This document shows, piece after piece, positions 28,474 to 38,972 of a DNA stretch of 64,000 nucleotides. Positions within the stretch are counted from its first letter, which is position 1, and the number at the start of each line of letters is the position of its first letter. The stretch covers positions 480,001-544,000 of the forward strand of contig CP147780.1 of assembly GCA_037310415.1 (NCBI GenBank). Reading direction: 5' to 3'. The position numbers were made by a program, and so were the translations under genes. The notes under the pieces are model-generated. The model searched no databases. It was not told the origin of the DNA and worked only from the letters and a program-made list of their open reading frames with translations. The stretch comes from Candidatus Atabeyarchaeum deiterrae. Its GTDB lineage: Archaea > Asgardarchaeota > Atabeyarchaeia > Atabeyarchaeales > Atabeyarchaeaceae.

Positions 28474-29235
28474 TTAGATTTTCCTTCTCCTATGGTCGTT
28501 GTAAGCTCTAACCTCTATCTCATTTCCTCCGATTGTCCTATAGATTTTCGGAACCACAATCGTAGTGTCAAGCTGACTGCAGTACCGTATATCATCGTTG
28601 AAGCCCATCCTGATGAGGTACCTACCATGCCTAGTCTTTGACAATAGTGAGTAAATGAGAGAGTCCGTCATTATCCGCTCTACAACCTTCGAATTGGCCC
28701 TTGCCTTGCTTTCTATTTTTCTCTTGATTAGTTGCGCGCAAGCCGAGTCATCTCGACTTGGTTTCTCACCCTCACCCGCTTGGATTATTGAGATGTCGGT
28801 GCCCTCGTCGACGGCCAACCTCTTGGCCTTCTTAGCCACTGCCGTTGCATTTAGAAACGCTCCTATTAGTGTGTCTTCGCATGACGGTAGCTGCTTGCAT
28901 CTTTCAAGAATTCTCGTGCAGTTGCTTGTCGTCAGTACTATGTTCATGTTTCTTACTCTCTGAGAGGAATATTCTGAAGGCGAATTCCCCAGTTGAAAGC
29001 CAGATATTCTCAATCCTCTTCGTTCACCGCATAGGATTGAGTTGGGCGTCGTCTTCGCAAGTTCCTTTGCACGACAGATAGTTGAGGCAGGAATAATACT
29101 TAAAGCGCCATTGTTTATGGCAGTGATCATGGTGCTACTGGCTCTTAGTACATCTACCACTACGACTACGTTTCTCTCTTTGGATGCTTCTTTTATTCCA
29201 TCGGTGCCTACTCGCACCTTGATATTTCCTGGCAA
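28474..29235 (-). CDS. comB: 2-phosphosulfolactate phosphatase family protein
   Basis: VVDVLRASST, GER.G, GNSP, TTSNCT, GAFLNA. Confidence 0.92.
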   Translation of the reverse strand: MPGNIKVRVGTDGIKEASKERNVVVVVDVLRASSTMITAINNGALSIIPASTICRAKELAKTTPNSILCGERRGLRISGFQLGNSPSEYSSQRVRNMNIVLTTSNCTRILERCKQLPSCEDTLIGAFLNATAVAKKAKRLAVDEGTDISIIQAGEGEKPSRDDSACAQLIKRKIESKARANSKVVERIMTDSLIYSLLSKTRHGRYLIRMGFNDDIRYCSQLDTTIVVPKIYRTIGGNEIEVRAYNDHRRRKI

Positions 29236-29303
29236 AACCCACTCACGTTACAAAGCGCCTTAATGTCGTCTTAGTAGGGAAAACGCATGACACAGTTAAG
29301 TTC

Positions 29304-29834
29304 TTACTGGTTGGGTTGATGAATGATCTTCTTGCTCCTTTTGAGTTCAATGGGCGTTCCAGTCTTGATTTTGACCGCTCCCATGATGTTGGTTAGCGGC
29401 GGAGCAAAGGTTGCCTCAATCCACTCCCTTGTTCTTGCCTCTGCTTCTTCTCGCGTCCCTGCTTCTTTATTCACATCTATCCTTAGGAAAATGTTGTATG
29501 GCTCCTTTTCGTCTTTGTGTTTCAGCAAGGCAAGGAAGGCTTTCGAGCCTTGGGGCACTTCGATGCTGCCCTCATATTCAACATAGCTCTCATTGGCAGA
29601 CTTTATCTCGGTCATCTTAACGTTCTTCAGGACTGTTATGCTTCGGAGAGTCTCTAATAGCTTTTCCGAGTCTTCTCTAAGCTGTAGTTCACGCTCTAGC
29701 GCTACTTGTATGTAGAAATCCATTCTGAATAAGGGCAATTGCCTTTCCTCCATGCGCATCAAATTGGAACAGTCTTGTGAGAATCTATCAAGTTTCAGCA
29801 GTAATCTCTTCTCAAGACACTTTTTTATAGGCAT
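29304..29834 (-). CDS. Hypothetical protein (start uncertain)
   Basis: ORF lying between pgsA-like and comB genes on the same strand. Confidence 0.6.
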   Translation of the reverse strand: MPIKKCLEKRLLLKLDRFSQDCSNLMRMEERQLPLFRMDFYIQVALERELQLREDSEKLLETLRSITVLKNVKMTEIKSANESYVEYEGSIEVPQGSKAFLALLKHKDEKEPYNIFLRIDVNKEAGTREEAEARTREWIEATFAPPLTNIMGAVKIKTGTPIELKRSKKIIHQPNQ

Positions 29835-30444
29835 CCTTGTTTTTTAGGCTTGCGTATGCGTGGGCTGCTCTATGCAGAGCAGTGAAGTTTGCTAGGATTG
29901 CTACTATGATCAGCCCATATATCATTATATATTCATAGACTATTCCGAGAATCCCTGTTATCGACACGATCAAGAGCCTTTCTGATCTCGCTGCCACCCC
30001 GATATCGCTCTTCTTGACACCAGTTGCTTCGCTTTTTGCCCTTGTGTAACTAACCATGAGTGATCCAACCATACCTATACAAACCCATATTCTAAACTGC
30101 ACGCCCAAGACTATCGTCCCGCCAAGTGGTGTCGTAATGGGATTGAATATGTAGCTGAGCACTATTATTGCGTCCCCGTATCGGTCAAGCATGGAATCGA
30201 GGAAACCACCCCACTGCGTGGTCTTGCTGGTAATCCTTGCGATTGCCCCGTCCACTCCGTCCATGAGTCCAACCAAGAAGACCGTCACTCCAAAAGCGAA
30301 ATAATCTCCTTTGGCCATGAGAAATGGTGTGATTGAAGCCAATAGTGCACCGAAAACTGTTATCATGTTGGGAGTCAGCTTCAATCTTATGAAAAGGGTG
30401 GCTATGGAATTCACAAGTGGCCTAAATATTCCTCTTACTCTCAA
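29812..30444 (-). CDS. CDP-alcohol phosphatidyltransferase (archaetidylinositol phosphate synthase-like)
   Basis: TPNMIT, DGVDGAIAR....T.WGGFLDSMLDRYGD, MVSYTRAK.E. Confidence 0.93.
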   Translation of the reverse strand: MRVRGIFRPLVNSIATLFIRLKLTPNMITVFGALLASITPFLMAKGDYFAFGVTVFLVGLMDGVDGAIARITSKTTQWGGFLDSMLDRYGDAIIVLSYIFNPITTPLGGTIVLGVQFRIWVCIGMVGSLMVSYTRAKSEATGVKKSDIGVAARSERLLIVSITGILGIVYEYIMIYGLIIVAILANFTALHRAAHAYASLKNKDAYKKVS

Positions 30445-30475
30445 TCTGTCAGTTCTCCTTTTGAACCCGTCTTGT

Positions 30476-31588
30476 TTATCTGACGACTTGGCTCGTGCCT
30501 ATTGTTGCATCTATTATATCTCGTCCAAAGATCACGGCGTTCTCAATGATCTTGCCGTCGCCCACCTGTGAATCACTGAGGACGATTGTGTTTTCACATC
30601 TGACGTCTCTCCCTATCTTGCAGTTGTCTTGTATTGATACATAGGGCCCTATTGTGCTTCCCTCTTTGACTTTGGATCTTTTTCCAATCACTGCCGGTCC
30701 TATGATCGTTGAGGGGGTAGGACTATGATAATCGGGCAATTTGCTTCCGACTGGCGATATGCTGTTGTTCGGGTAGAATCTCCCCAGAGCCTTGTCGGTT
30801 ATTAGTGAGTTTCTGAGGATAAAACGGTTAGCGCCCAGCAGCGTATGAAAATCATCAACATCAAAACAGTAATCTCGACTGCCTATTGCCATGTATCTGG
30901 CCCTGCCAGTTTCCGAGATGTATCTATTCAGTGCATCGATTACCTTTGTTGAGCCACTCTTTGCTACGGCATGAGCATACTTGAAGAGAATTTTAGGACA
31001 GATTACCACGCCTATCGAGGTTCTTACAGAAACTTTCTGATTGCTTCCTCTTTTGGCACTTGTCATCTCTGATTCCTGGAGCTTCACCACCGAACCAGCA
31101 TTTGCTCCTACTCCCAGACTGCATACTACCATACTTCCCCGTGGAGTTTGAGGGTAGCTACTGCCTGCAGCGACGTGAAGTACACCGTCCCTTTCATGGT
31201 TTCTGACTAGGTTTCTCACTATGTCAGGCTTCAAGACCAAATCGACAGGGGTTAGAAGAAAGTCATCGTCAATAGATTCCTCAGCTGCAAGAAAGGAGTG
31301 AATTGGACCTGCCTCGTAGTTGTCAGCGCGTATGCACGAAAATTCAACTCCTTTGTGGCGCCTTGAGGTTTTGACATACTTCTCAACTTTACACCCTATA
31401 TGACCAGTAACGATTTTCACTTCTGTTAGCCCTGCAAGTTCTAATGGTTTTAGCACATATTCTATGAGAGGCTGGTTGGCGACAGGTATGAGGGCCTTCG
31501 GAATCGCGCTGGTCAGAGGGGTGAGCCTTGTTCCGCTGCCAGCAGCTAAGACTATACCTTGCACGCTTGTCTCAGCACCTAAATTCAA
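30476..31588 (-). CDS. Sugar-phosphate nucleotidyltransferase with C-terminal hexapeptide repeats
   Basis: LAAGSGTRLTPLT..IPKAL; left-handed beta-helix repeats. Confidence 0.88.
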   Translation of the reverse strand: MNLGAETSVQGIVLAAGSGTRLTPLTSAIPKALIPVANQPLIEYVLKPLELAGLTEVKIVTGHIGCKVEKYVKTSRRHKGVEFSCIRADNYEAGPIHSFLAAEESIDDDFLLTPVDLVLKPDIVRNLVRNHERDGVLHVAAGSSYPQTPRGSMVVCSLGVGANAGSVVKLQESEMTSAKRGSNQKVSVRTSIGVVICPKILFKYAHAVAKSGSTKVIDALNRYISETGRARYMAIGSRDYCFDVDDFHTLLGANRFILRNSLITDKALGRFYPNNSISPVGSKLPDYHSPTPSTIIGPAVIGKRSKVKEGSTIGPYVSIQDNCKIGRDVRCENTIVLSDSQVGDGKIIENAVIFGRDIIDATIGTSQVVR

Positions 31589-31788
31589 TATCTAATACTT
31601 AATGCTTGGCGGTGAATTCGATTCGTTCACGCTAAGTTGTGATCTCTCGAACAGATAATACTTACTTGGATTCTTGCCGTTCAATTCTTTGGGGTTTATT
31701 ACTGCTCTTAAGGCACAATACGACGAAGAAGGTCATTCTTTTAGCAGGTTGTCTTTCATCCTAAGAATCGGGTTGAGATGGTCTCATT

Positions 31789-33330
31789 TTGAGTGGTCTC
31801 AGGTACTTTTCGGAAATTTGCAGAGCAGCGTCGAGTGTTCGAGTATTAAAAGCCCTAGGGCAAAAGATCTTTAGAAACGACCCGCCCATTGACGCAATGT
31901 ACTATTATAGATTTGGACTCAATAAGGAAGATGTCAAATCTGGAGCCACTTTCATGTTCCTAGTTACTTTTACCGTCTCATTCGTATTGCTGTCTCAGTT
32001 GATTGGATTCATCTCATTCTTTGTAAGTTTGTTGTTTGGTTTTACCATTTCTGCGTGGTTTCAAAATCTGATCCCGAGAAGAGTAGAGAGAGAAAAGATA
32101 TTAATCTCGTACCAAGTTCCGCTTGTCTTGCAGGAGATGATATTAGCTTCCGCTGGGACAGGATCCATATTTGACTTGATAACCTTTGTCGCAAGAGGGA
32201 GGCATCCCGTCACTTCAAGAGCATTTGCAAGAATCGCCAGCCACGTTAGCAATGGAGCAGAACCAGAGAGGCTTGTGAGAAACTATGCAAACCACCAACC
32301 CTGCCAGTCACTGAGAAGATATCTTGTTGATGCTGTCTCGGTGGGTCTTGAGTGGGACGAACTTAAGAAGGTCATTAAGGAAAGAAGGGGAGAAGCGGAG
32401 TTTGAGTATCAGAAGTATACGATGCAGGTTGAAACTAGGATGCTTCTTATAGTAGGTCTGGGAACGTTCTGGCCAATCATTTTCTCTATCGCTGTACTTG
32501 TTAACGGGTCATGGAGTGGCCAACCGTCAATGATCTTGGCGGCTTTCATTTTTGTTCTTTTGATTATTATTATGGAGAATCGGCTAATGAAACCCATTAG
32601 AAAAGCGGAGATTCTGGGTGCATCAGTGAGTTTCTCACGAGCAAAAGGGTTGCTCGGTCACACCGCCAAGGAAGAGCTTCAAGAGGTAATCATTGTGTTG
32701 TCTCTTCTGGGAGAGGCGTTGCATCGAGAGAAGGCATCTCCCGAACTCGCAATAAAGAGAGTGAGCGAGATGTATAATGGTTGGCTCAATCCCTTGCTTG
32801 CCGAAATGGTACGCCAGGTTTTCTACGACGGTGTAACGCTTAGGCACAGCCTGCTTTGGTTCAAGAACAGGTTCTCGAATGTCCAATGCCGCCAAATAAT
32901 CAGGATCTTACCACAGATGTTTGAGAAAACCGCAGAGCATGCCGGGGAGAGGCTAATTGAAGTGGTTTCATACATCAAAGAAAATCAAGGCCTGATAGAG
33001 GAGAGAGAAAACATAGTCAAGGCCCAAAGGTTCAAGGCCAAGCTTCTTTCGTTCTTTTCGCCAGCCACACTGGGCTTGGTCTCTGCGCTCTCACCATTGT
33101 TCACTATCCTTAGTACCAGGCAAATCGCACTTACGGCATTCAAACCTTTGATCTGGACCTATGATAGCATTGTGACTACGATAGTCCTTCTCACTATGAC
33201 GATCATAAACACTTTTAACGTCATGAGAACCGTTGGCGCAAAGAAGCCAATAATATCCGCTTTGGTAGCCGCAGCCATCTTTCTCACAGTATTCGTTTTC
33301 TCAATTCGCTTAATGAATGGGCTCGCTTGA
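31789..33330 (+). CDS. Type II/IV secretion F-family (TadB/C-like) membrane platform protein
   Basis: Two cytoplasmic helical domains alternating with TM bundles, like archaeal TadC/ArlJ. Confidence 0.6.
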   Translation: MSGLRYFSEICRAASSVRVLKALGQKIFRNDPPIDAMYYYRFGLNKEDVKSGATFMFLVTFTVSFVLLSQLIGFISFFVSLLFGFTISAWFQNLIPRRVEREKILISYQVPLVLQEMILASAGTGSIFDLITFVARGRHPVTSRAFARIASHVSNGAEPERLVRNYANHQPCQSLRRYLVDAVSVGLEWDELKKVIKERRGEAEFEYQKYTMQVETRMLLIVGLGTFWPIIFSIAVLVNGSWSGQPSMILAAFIFVLLIIIMENRLMKPIRKAEILGASVSFSRAKGLLGHTAKEELQEVIIVLSLLGEALHREKASPELAIKRVSEMYNGWLNPLLAEMVRQVFYDGVTLRHSLLWFKNRFSNVQCRQIIRILPQMFEKTAEHAGERLIEVVSYIKENQGLIEERENIVKAQRFKAKLLSFFSPATLGLVSALSPLFTILSTRQIALTAFKPLIWTYDSIVTTIVLLTMTIINTFNVMRTVGAKKPIISALVAAAIFLTVFVFSIRLMNGLA

Positions 33331-33369
33331 ATTGCAGGAGTTCAATCTGTTAGTAGTATTGCATTCAAT

Positions 33370-34350
33370 CTATTGATGGAACAGGAATGAAGATAGGCGT
33401 TTGATCCCATCAAGTCCTCTCACCTCATTGTCTAGCAGCGGCAACTCAGTTAGCCTGAACTGGTCAGAATATATGTGCCGAATTCGAGTGAGGTGTTGTT
33501 CTTGCATCGTCTTTCTAGCCTTGCAGAATTTGCATTCCACCTCCTCCGGGAATATCATGTTGACTATGATGTGTGAGACTGGGATTTCAAATTCGTATAG
33601 TGCAGTCAAAAGCATCTCTGTTTGCTCTACGGCCATTGCCTCTGGTATCATCACAGGGACAAAACTAGTTACGTCTTTGTTACTTAGCTCTCCTCTGGCT
33701 TTCTCCACTGTCAGCTTGAGTCTCTCCATCATCTTTATGCTCTGATCCTTTTCGTCACTGCCTCGTCCAACGATGCTCTTCAAACCTCCCCAAATGCGTC
33801 CCATCGTGTATCTCAGCTTTATTAATCTCCCAAGCCAACTTTCCAAAACGTCAGGCAAGGATAGAAGGCGGAGAGTGTGTCCAGTCGGGGCGGTATCGAA
33901 GATTATCAAATCATGCTCTGGCTTCTCGATGTATTCCAAGACCTTTGCAAAAGCAAGTGCCTCGTCTGCACCTGGGGGGGCGCCCATATCCAAGCCGCCA
34001 AGCGATCCAATTCCAAGATCTGGAAAGTCTGAAACAACATTATCCTCGGATTTCGGGTTTTCTTCCGCTTTTGAAAGATCTCCTTGGATCTGCTTCAAGG
34101 CGACCTTAGGATCTATCTCCAGTGCAGACAGATTTCTTACGCCTTCTATCGATTTTGCTTCAGGCCCTATTTTTTGGTTGAAAATAACGCCTAGGCTATG
34201 GGCTGGATCAGTACTGATGACCAACACATCAATGCCTTTACTCGCTGCCCAAACTGACGTCGCAGCAGCGCAACTAGTTTTTCCCACCCCACCTTTTCCA
34301 CCAAATAGTAGAAAACGTTTCCCAGAACTAACAAGATCTTCGAGTGTCAA
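33370..34350 (-). CDS. ArsA/GET3-family ATPase (GET3-like)
   Basis: GGKGGVGKTS, STDPAHSL, PGADE, DTAPTGHTLRLL, CKFC Zn motif; single ATPase domain. Confidence 0.93.
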   Translation of the reverse strand: MTLEDLVSSGKRFLLFGGKGGVGKTSCAAATSVWAASKGIDVLVISTDPAHSLGVIFNQKIGPEAKSIEGVRNLSALEIDPKVALKQIQGDLSKAEENPKSEDNVVSDFPDLGIGSLGGLDMGAPPGADEALAFAKVLEYIEKPEHDLIIFDTAPTGHTLRLLSLPDVLESWLGRLIKLRYTMGRIWGGLKSIVGRGSDEKDQSIKMMERLKLTVEKARGELSNKDVTSFVPVMIPEAMAVEQTEMLLTALYEFEIPVSHIIVNMIFPEEVECKFCKARKTMQEQHLTRIRHIYSDQFRLTELPLLDNEVRGLDGIKRLSSFLFHQ

Positions 34351-34555
34351 TGCAATTCACCTTTCCAAATGGGAAGACTGTTAGGAACAGAGCAATGCCA
34401 ATTCTTTGCTCAACTGAGCATCCTGAAAAAGGTGTATTGCAACACGGAAAATGATAGCCTTGCATATAAACATTGGCATGGGAAATGAGACCGTTCACAA
34501 GGCACAACGTACTCGTTCAACTAGCCAACGAGCTCGGTCAGGTGGCTTACAGCGA

Positions 34556-35458
34556 CTAGCTCAGCGGTTCAACCTTGAGCATTTTGCTGTTGAAAAGTCT
34601 GAAGAATACTCTAAAGGTCATGCTGATACCCACACGTTTTATCATATCTACAATTTCACAATATAGATTTTGGAAAGAGAAAGATTGTTCTACGCTACTC
34701 AAGTCCACACCTAGTTCGTTTGAGAAGCTTTCTATCAAAGATTTGATTTCAGGCTGGAGAGTGACTACTATGTGTTTTGATGTCAACAGGAGAGGAAGGA
34801 TCTTCTCATCCGTAGCGACGGGGATCCTTGTTGCACTCGTGTCTGCGTAGCTGAGTACAAGCCAGATAGAGTCTGAATCCAAGTCAACTTGGATACTCTC
34901 AATGGCCTTCACTAATAGTTTAACCCAATCTGAAAGATTAGAAAGGTCTGATTTCTTATCCGGTAGAACGGAGACTGAGATGTCTTGATCTGTTGAGTAC
35001 TTCGTTATGAGCGAATTGTCGAGAATCCTCGGCATAGCTTCGATGATTGAACTCCCATTTCTGACAAGAAAACCTCTTATATTGTTGAAGCCCGACGTGA
35101 AGTTGTCTCCCAGCAAGATGACGTTGCCTTCTTGCTTACGCTTAAGAGCGCCACTCGTGATCCATGCTTGGGTTTTTGGCTCATCGTCACTGATTTTTAC
35201 GCCTTCAACTCTGCGAACGCAGAGATTTCTGTCAATCCAGAACACATGAACATGAGGCAATGGTTCAAGCTGCACTCTTCCTTGGTCCAATATTCGAGAC
35301 ATTTCCTCGTCAGAAACAAGTACCCTTTTTGGAAAGCTCCTCGAGACAAGTCGACGACAGAGGGAACAGAAGCCACTCGCCTCAAATATCTCATTCTGGT
35401 ATTTCTGTGAGAGGAGCCTACTGTTTTCCATCTCTTGAACCACAGTTCTCAGCCTCAC
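34556..35458 (-). CDS. Hypothetical protein with N-terminal CxxC/His motif (Asgard-type)
   Basis: GFCSLC...PHVHVFWIDRNLCVRRVE; overlaps the GTPase 3' end. Confidence 0.7.
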   Translation of the reverse strand: MRLRTVVQEMENSRLLSQKYQNEIFEASGFCSLCRRLVSRSFPKRVLVSDEEMSRILDQGRVQLEPLPHVHVFWIDRNLCVRRVEGVKISDDEPKTQAWITSGALKRKQEGNVILLGDNFTSGFNNIRGFLVRNGSSIIEAMPRILDNSLITKYSTDQDISVSVLPDKKSDLSNLSDWVKLLVKAIESIQVDLDSDSIWLVLSYADTSATRIPVATDEKILPLLLTSKHIVVTLQPEIKSLIESFSNELGVDLSSVEQSFSFQNLYCEIVDMIKRVGISMTFRVFFRLFNSKMLKVEPLS

Positions 35459-35993
35459 TGCTTACAATCAATTTCAGTAACCCAAGGAATGGCGAGGAAA
35501 CATCAACGCCCTCCTTCGCGCTTACAAGATAGTACCCACTCAACCTTTTCTTAGTTACAAATCCTTCTATATCGCTCTCTCTGATCGAACCATCTGACAA
35601 CTCTCTCTTGTTTCCAACGATCACTATTGGAAATCTGTTGGCTTCTTCGCCATCCAGCATTAGCCCGAGCCATTGATCAAGGTGGAGGTACGATTCAATG
35701 CTCCCGACATCAAACGCTAGTATTGCGCCTCTCAATCCCTTCGACCACAAAGGCAACAATACTCTGAACTGTTCTTGACCCCCAACGTCCCATATTTGGA
35801 ACTTGTATTGGCGCCCATCCTCGGCATTGAGCCTCTTAGTATAGAAATCGCAACCAATAGTTATCTGCTCAGATGGATCATAGCAACCTGAGACATATCT
35901 CTTGATCAAGCTTGTTTTGCCAACTCCTCCATCTCCAGCCACTACTATCTTGAGGACGTTACCGTTGTGGCTGGAATGATTGATCTCTGACAA
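35418..35993 (-). CDS. Ras-superfamily (Rab-like) small GTPase
   Basis: G1 GDGGVGKTS, G2 TIGCDF, G3 WDVGGQE, G4 NKRE, G5 SAK. Confidence 0.95.
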   Translation of the reverse strand: MSEINHSSHNGNVLKIVVAGDGGVGKTSLIKRYVSGCYDPSEQITIGCDFYTKRLNAEDGRQYKFQIWDVGGQEQFRVLLPLWSKGLRGAILAFDVGSIESYLHLDQWLGLMLDGEEANRFPIVIVGNKRELSDGSIRESDIEGFVTKKRLSGYYLVSAKEGVDVSSPFLGLLKLIVSSEAENCGSRDGKQ

Positions 35994-36299
35994 CGTCTTG
36001 GTCTCCGGTTTTAGCGCTCTTCCACTGTCTGCTACTATCGTCTTGCCTAGTTCGATATAAAAAGTCCAATGAGCATCGACTCGAATGACGACGATTGCTC
36101 AATCTAACGTTTAATCGCGATGGCGGGCGTTGATATGTTCCCAAACTCTCAACATCGGTGCCTCATTTAGTGGTCTTTTTATCTCCCGACCCGTCCACTA
36201 AGTGATGGCTACCCCAAAGGAAGTCTTCTGACCTCCCCATGCCTCCCAGATATGTTCTGTTTCTAATCTGTGGGGTAGCCACCTAATGCCTCGGCTCTT

Positions 36300-37025
36300 T
36301 CAAGCCGAACTGAGAACTATCAGGCATATCATATAGAGAGAATGAGAAGTGATCGGTGCTAGGACCCTTCGATGTCTCAATTGAAAAGATAGACCTAGTA
36401 GGGCACCTAGCAAGAATAATGGAAAAATCGACCAAGGATCCATATGTGTGATCGCGAAAAGCATAGATGCTAGAAGCAACCCCTTCAGTTTGCCTGAACT
36501 CTTTTCGAAACCCTGTTGAATGAATCCTCTGAAGATGACCTCTTCAACGGGTGCGACAACAAGGATTATTGAAGAAAGGAGCAAGATTGTTTCGAAGGGA
36601 GAGTTAACTGCGAAAGCTGTTCTTACGTATTCAGCCTCAGGCTGCGGTCCGAGTATTGACTGATTCAGAGCAGACGCAACTACGGAAACAGGAACCATCG
36701 CCAATCCCACAACAACTCCAACTGCGACATCCGCTAAAACGTTGGTCCGACTTCTTGCATACATGCCGAGTTGGGGACGAGTTATTGCGTATTTCTTGGA
36801 ATACAACAGAAGCGGTGTCAGAAGTAGTGCCTCTGAGAAACCTAGAATCGCCGTTCCGATAGGAGATCCAATCGTCTGAATACTCAGTTGACTCGAAAGG
36901 CCGGTGAGCAATACGTTGAGTGACAATGTAAGAACAACATTGAGCATTAAAGTGCACAGGGCTATCTCAAATGGGATTCTCCAAGTCAAGTTCTGCTCGC
37001 TTAGGCTGATTCTAGGATTACTCAT
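36300..37025 (-). CDS. CPBP/Rce1-like intramembrane glutamic protease
   Basis: APVEEVIFRG, FAITH, PITSH motifs. Confidence 0.92.
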   Translation of the reverse strand: MSNPRISLSEQNLTWRIPFEIALCTLMLNVVLTLSLNVLLTGLSSQLSIQTIGSPIGTAILGFSEALLLTPLLLYSKKYAITRPQLGMYARSRTNVLADVAVGVVVGLAMVPVSVVASALNQSILGPQPEAEYVRTAFAVNSPFETILLLSSIILVVAPVEEVIFRGFIQQGFEKSSGKLKGLLLASMLFAITHMDPWSIFPLFLLGALLGLSFQLRHRRVLAPITSHSLYMICLIVLSSA

Positions 37026-37083
37026 ACTCGTTCATCGATTGTTGTCGATTGAGTTTCGGACCGCATTTCTCATTTTCTGCCCG

Positions 37084-38829
37084 CTACTCGATTACGGTAT
37101 CAATGAACCGACCCTCATTCACATCATACAGTCCCTTGTCAGTCAACCTCATCTCAGGCACTACAGGCAGAGATAGGAAACTTGCAGATGCTATTAGAGA
37201 CCTCACTTCAGATCCAAGTTTCGCGGCCTCAGCTTCGAGAAGTTCCTTTCTTTTGGCGGTTTCCCCAGCTGATTTTCTTGTCATCAACCCGCCGATTTCC
37301 AAGCTAAGTGATGCGATTAGTGTCCCTCCGCTCGACAGTGCTACTCCTCCTTGCATGCTAGCAACTGTTTTGGCAGCAAAGGCCATATCAAGAGGGTTTG
37401 AACCTATGACGATCAAGTTGTGAGAATCGTGTGCAATGCTCTGAGCAATGGCACCCCTGAGCGCGCCCAAACCTGTGACAAAGCCTTTGCCTATGTTTCC
37501 GGTCTGATGATGTCTTTCAACAACTGCCGCATATAGGACATCTCCTGTCGCTCTTATGATTCCATTTTCAACAGCGAGCTGCTTGCTCTCCCTTGAAGTG
37601 ACAATCGTTCCCTCCCTTATTCCAATGACCCTAACCATGAGTTTGTTTACCTTCTTCATGCTTTTGAAGATGAAGTCTGAGGAGGTAAGTCTTCTCTTGA
37701 AGACGAAGCTGCTGGTCAGTTTTCTTGGGAATCTGAGCGATTTCTCGAAGAGGCGCTGATGAAGCTCAGTTCCCATAACTATGACTTTTTTGATTTCCAT
37801 TTGCTTCAAGTCTTTTAGGAGGAGAATATCAGCAAAGTGACCTGGTGAAATACTGCCGATCTCGTTCTCCATGTGCAAGTAAGTTGCTGGATTAATGGTT
37901 ACTAGTTGAATGGCGGTAATTGGATCCAATCCTTCTGACAAAGCTCTTTTTAGAATGTGATCCATGTGACCCTGATAAAGAAGATCACTTACCGTTATAT
38001 CATCGGACACAAACATGCAATGTCTAGTGTCTATTGTCCCTGCGATTAGTGGTTTGATGAGATTTCCAAGGTCTTTTGATGACGATCCTTCTCTTATCAT
38101 TAGCCACATTCCAAGCCGGAGTTTCTCCAGACCCTCATCTTTGCTTACCGATTCATGATCTGAACGGATTCCTGAAGCGATGTATGCTGAGAGTTCTTTG
38201 CCTCGCAATCCTGGAGCGTGACCATCAATTCCTACGTGCATCCTTCGGGCGAGTTCTATTTTGCGGATTACATTGGATGAACAAGAGAGAACTCCAGGAA
38301 GATCCATCATTTCCCCTAAGCCGATCACATTGGGTAGATTCAATGCCTTCTGCGTATCTGCTAAATCTAGACGTGCCCCTGACGTTTCCTTGCCGGGTGC
38401 TGAAGGAACGCACGAAGGTGCAACGAAGAAAACATGGAGAGGGAGCGTCTTAGACTCTCTGATGACGATTCTCATGGCATCAATGCCTGCTACGTTCACG
38501 ATCTCGTGTGGATCCCAGACAATAGATGTAGTGCCATGTTGAGTTGCTACTTTTGAGAATTCTGTAAGTGTTAGCATGCTACTCTCGACATGAATGTGGG
38601 CATCAATCAATCCAGGAACTGCGAACATGCCGTCTCCGCGAATTGTGAGAGTGCCGTTGCCAACTTGGTCTAAAGAATCGCCTATTGATACGATACGCTC
38701 TCTCTTAATCATGATGTCCGATCTATATACTTCGCGAGTATCTACGTTTACAATGTTAACATCTTTAATAATCAGATCGGCTTCTTCAGTGCCGAGGGCT
38801 GTTTTGATGTATTCACATAGTGTGAAAAT
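37084..38829 (-). CDS. ade: Adenine deaminase (true start probably upstream of 38712; candidate ATT at 38829)
   Basis: PGLIDAHIHVESS, DPHEI, DGHAP, SDHE, REGS, AHDSHN; the conserved ADLII...IVNV.T.E N-terminus is in frame upstream of the called ATG. Confidence 0.93.
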   Translation of the reverse strand: MFTLCEYIKTALGTEEADLIIKDVNIVNVDTREVYRSDIMIKRERIVSIGDSLDQVGNGTLTIRGDGMFAVPGLIDAHIHVESSMLTLTEFSKVATQHGTTSIVWDPHEIVNVAGIDAMRIVIRESKTLPLHVFFVAPSCVPSAPGKETSGARLDLADTQKALNLPNVIGLGEMMDLPGVLSCSSNVIRKIELARRMHVGIDGHAPGLRGKELSAYIASGIRSDHESVSKDEGLEKLRLGMWLMIREGSSSKDLGNLIKPLIAGTIDTRHCMFVSDDITVSDLLYQGHMDHILKRALSEGLDPITAIQLVTINPATYLHMENEIGSISPGHFADILLLKDLKQMEIKKVIVMGTELHQRLFEKSLRFPRKLTSSFVFKRRLTSSDFIFKSMKKVNKLMVRVIGIREGTIVTSRESKQLAVENGIIRATGDVLYAAVVERHHQTGNIGKGFVTGLGALRGAIAQSIAHDSHNLIVIGSNPLDMAFAAKTVASMQGGVALSSGGTLIASLSLEIGGLMTRKSAGETAKRKELLEAEAAKLGSEVRSLIASASFLSLPVVPEMRLTDKGLYDVNEGRFIDTVIE

Positions 38830-38972
38830 TCCCAGCCTCCCACATGTTTCTGCATGGGATGGGATTGAAAGAGAACCCTCTAGTTACTATCCTTACTCTT
38901 TATATGTGTGTTCTTAGGATTCTTAACTACCGTGCGCCCGACAGGAGTCAGATTGGTGCTGAGGGAGCCCAA

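Noticed and set aside
31789-33330. Complete type IV pilus/archaellum locus
   Set aside because: Only an orphan platform-like gene; no assembly ATPase or pilins are adjacent, and the peptidase is ~30 kb away.
33773-34384. Long antisense ORFs (also 43095-43793, 20005-20559, 4636-5196, 59568-60131)
   Set aside because: They lie opposite well-conserved genes and have the Ser/Pro/Thr-rich composition typical of shadow frames.
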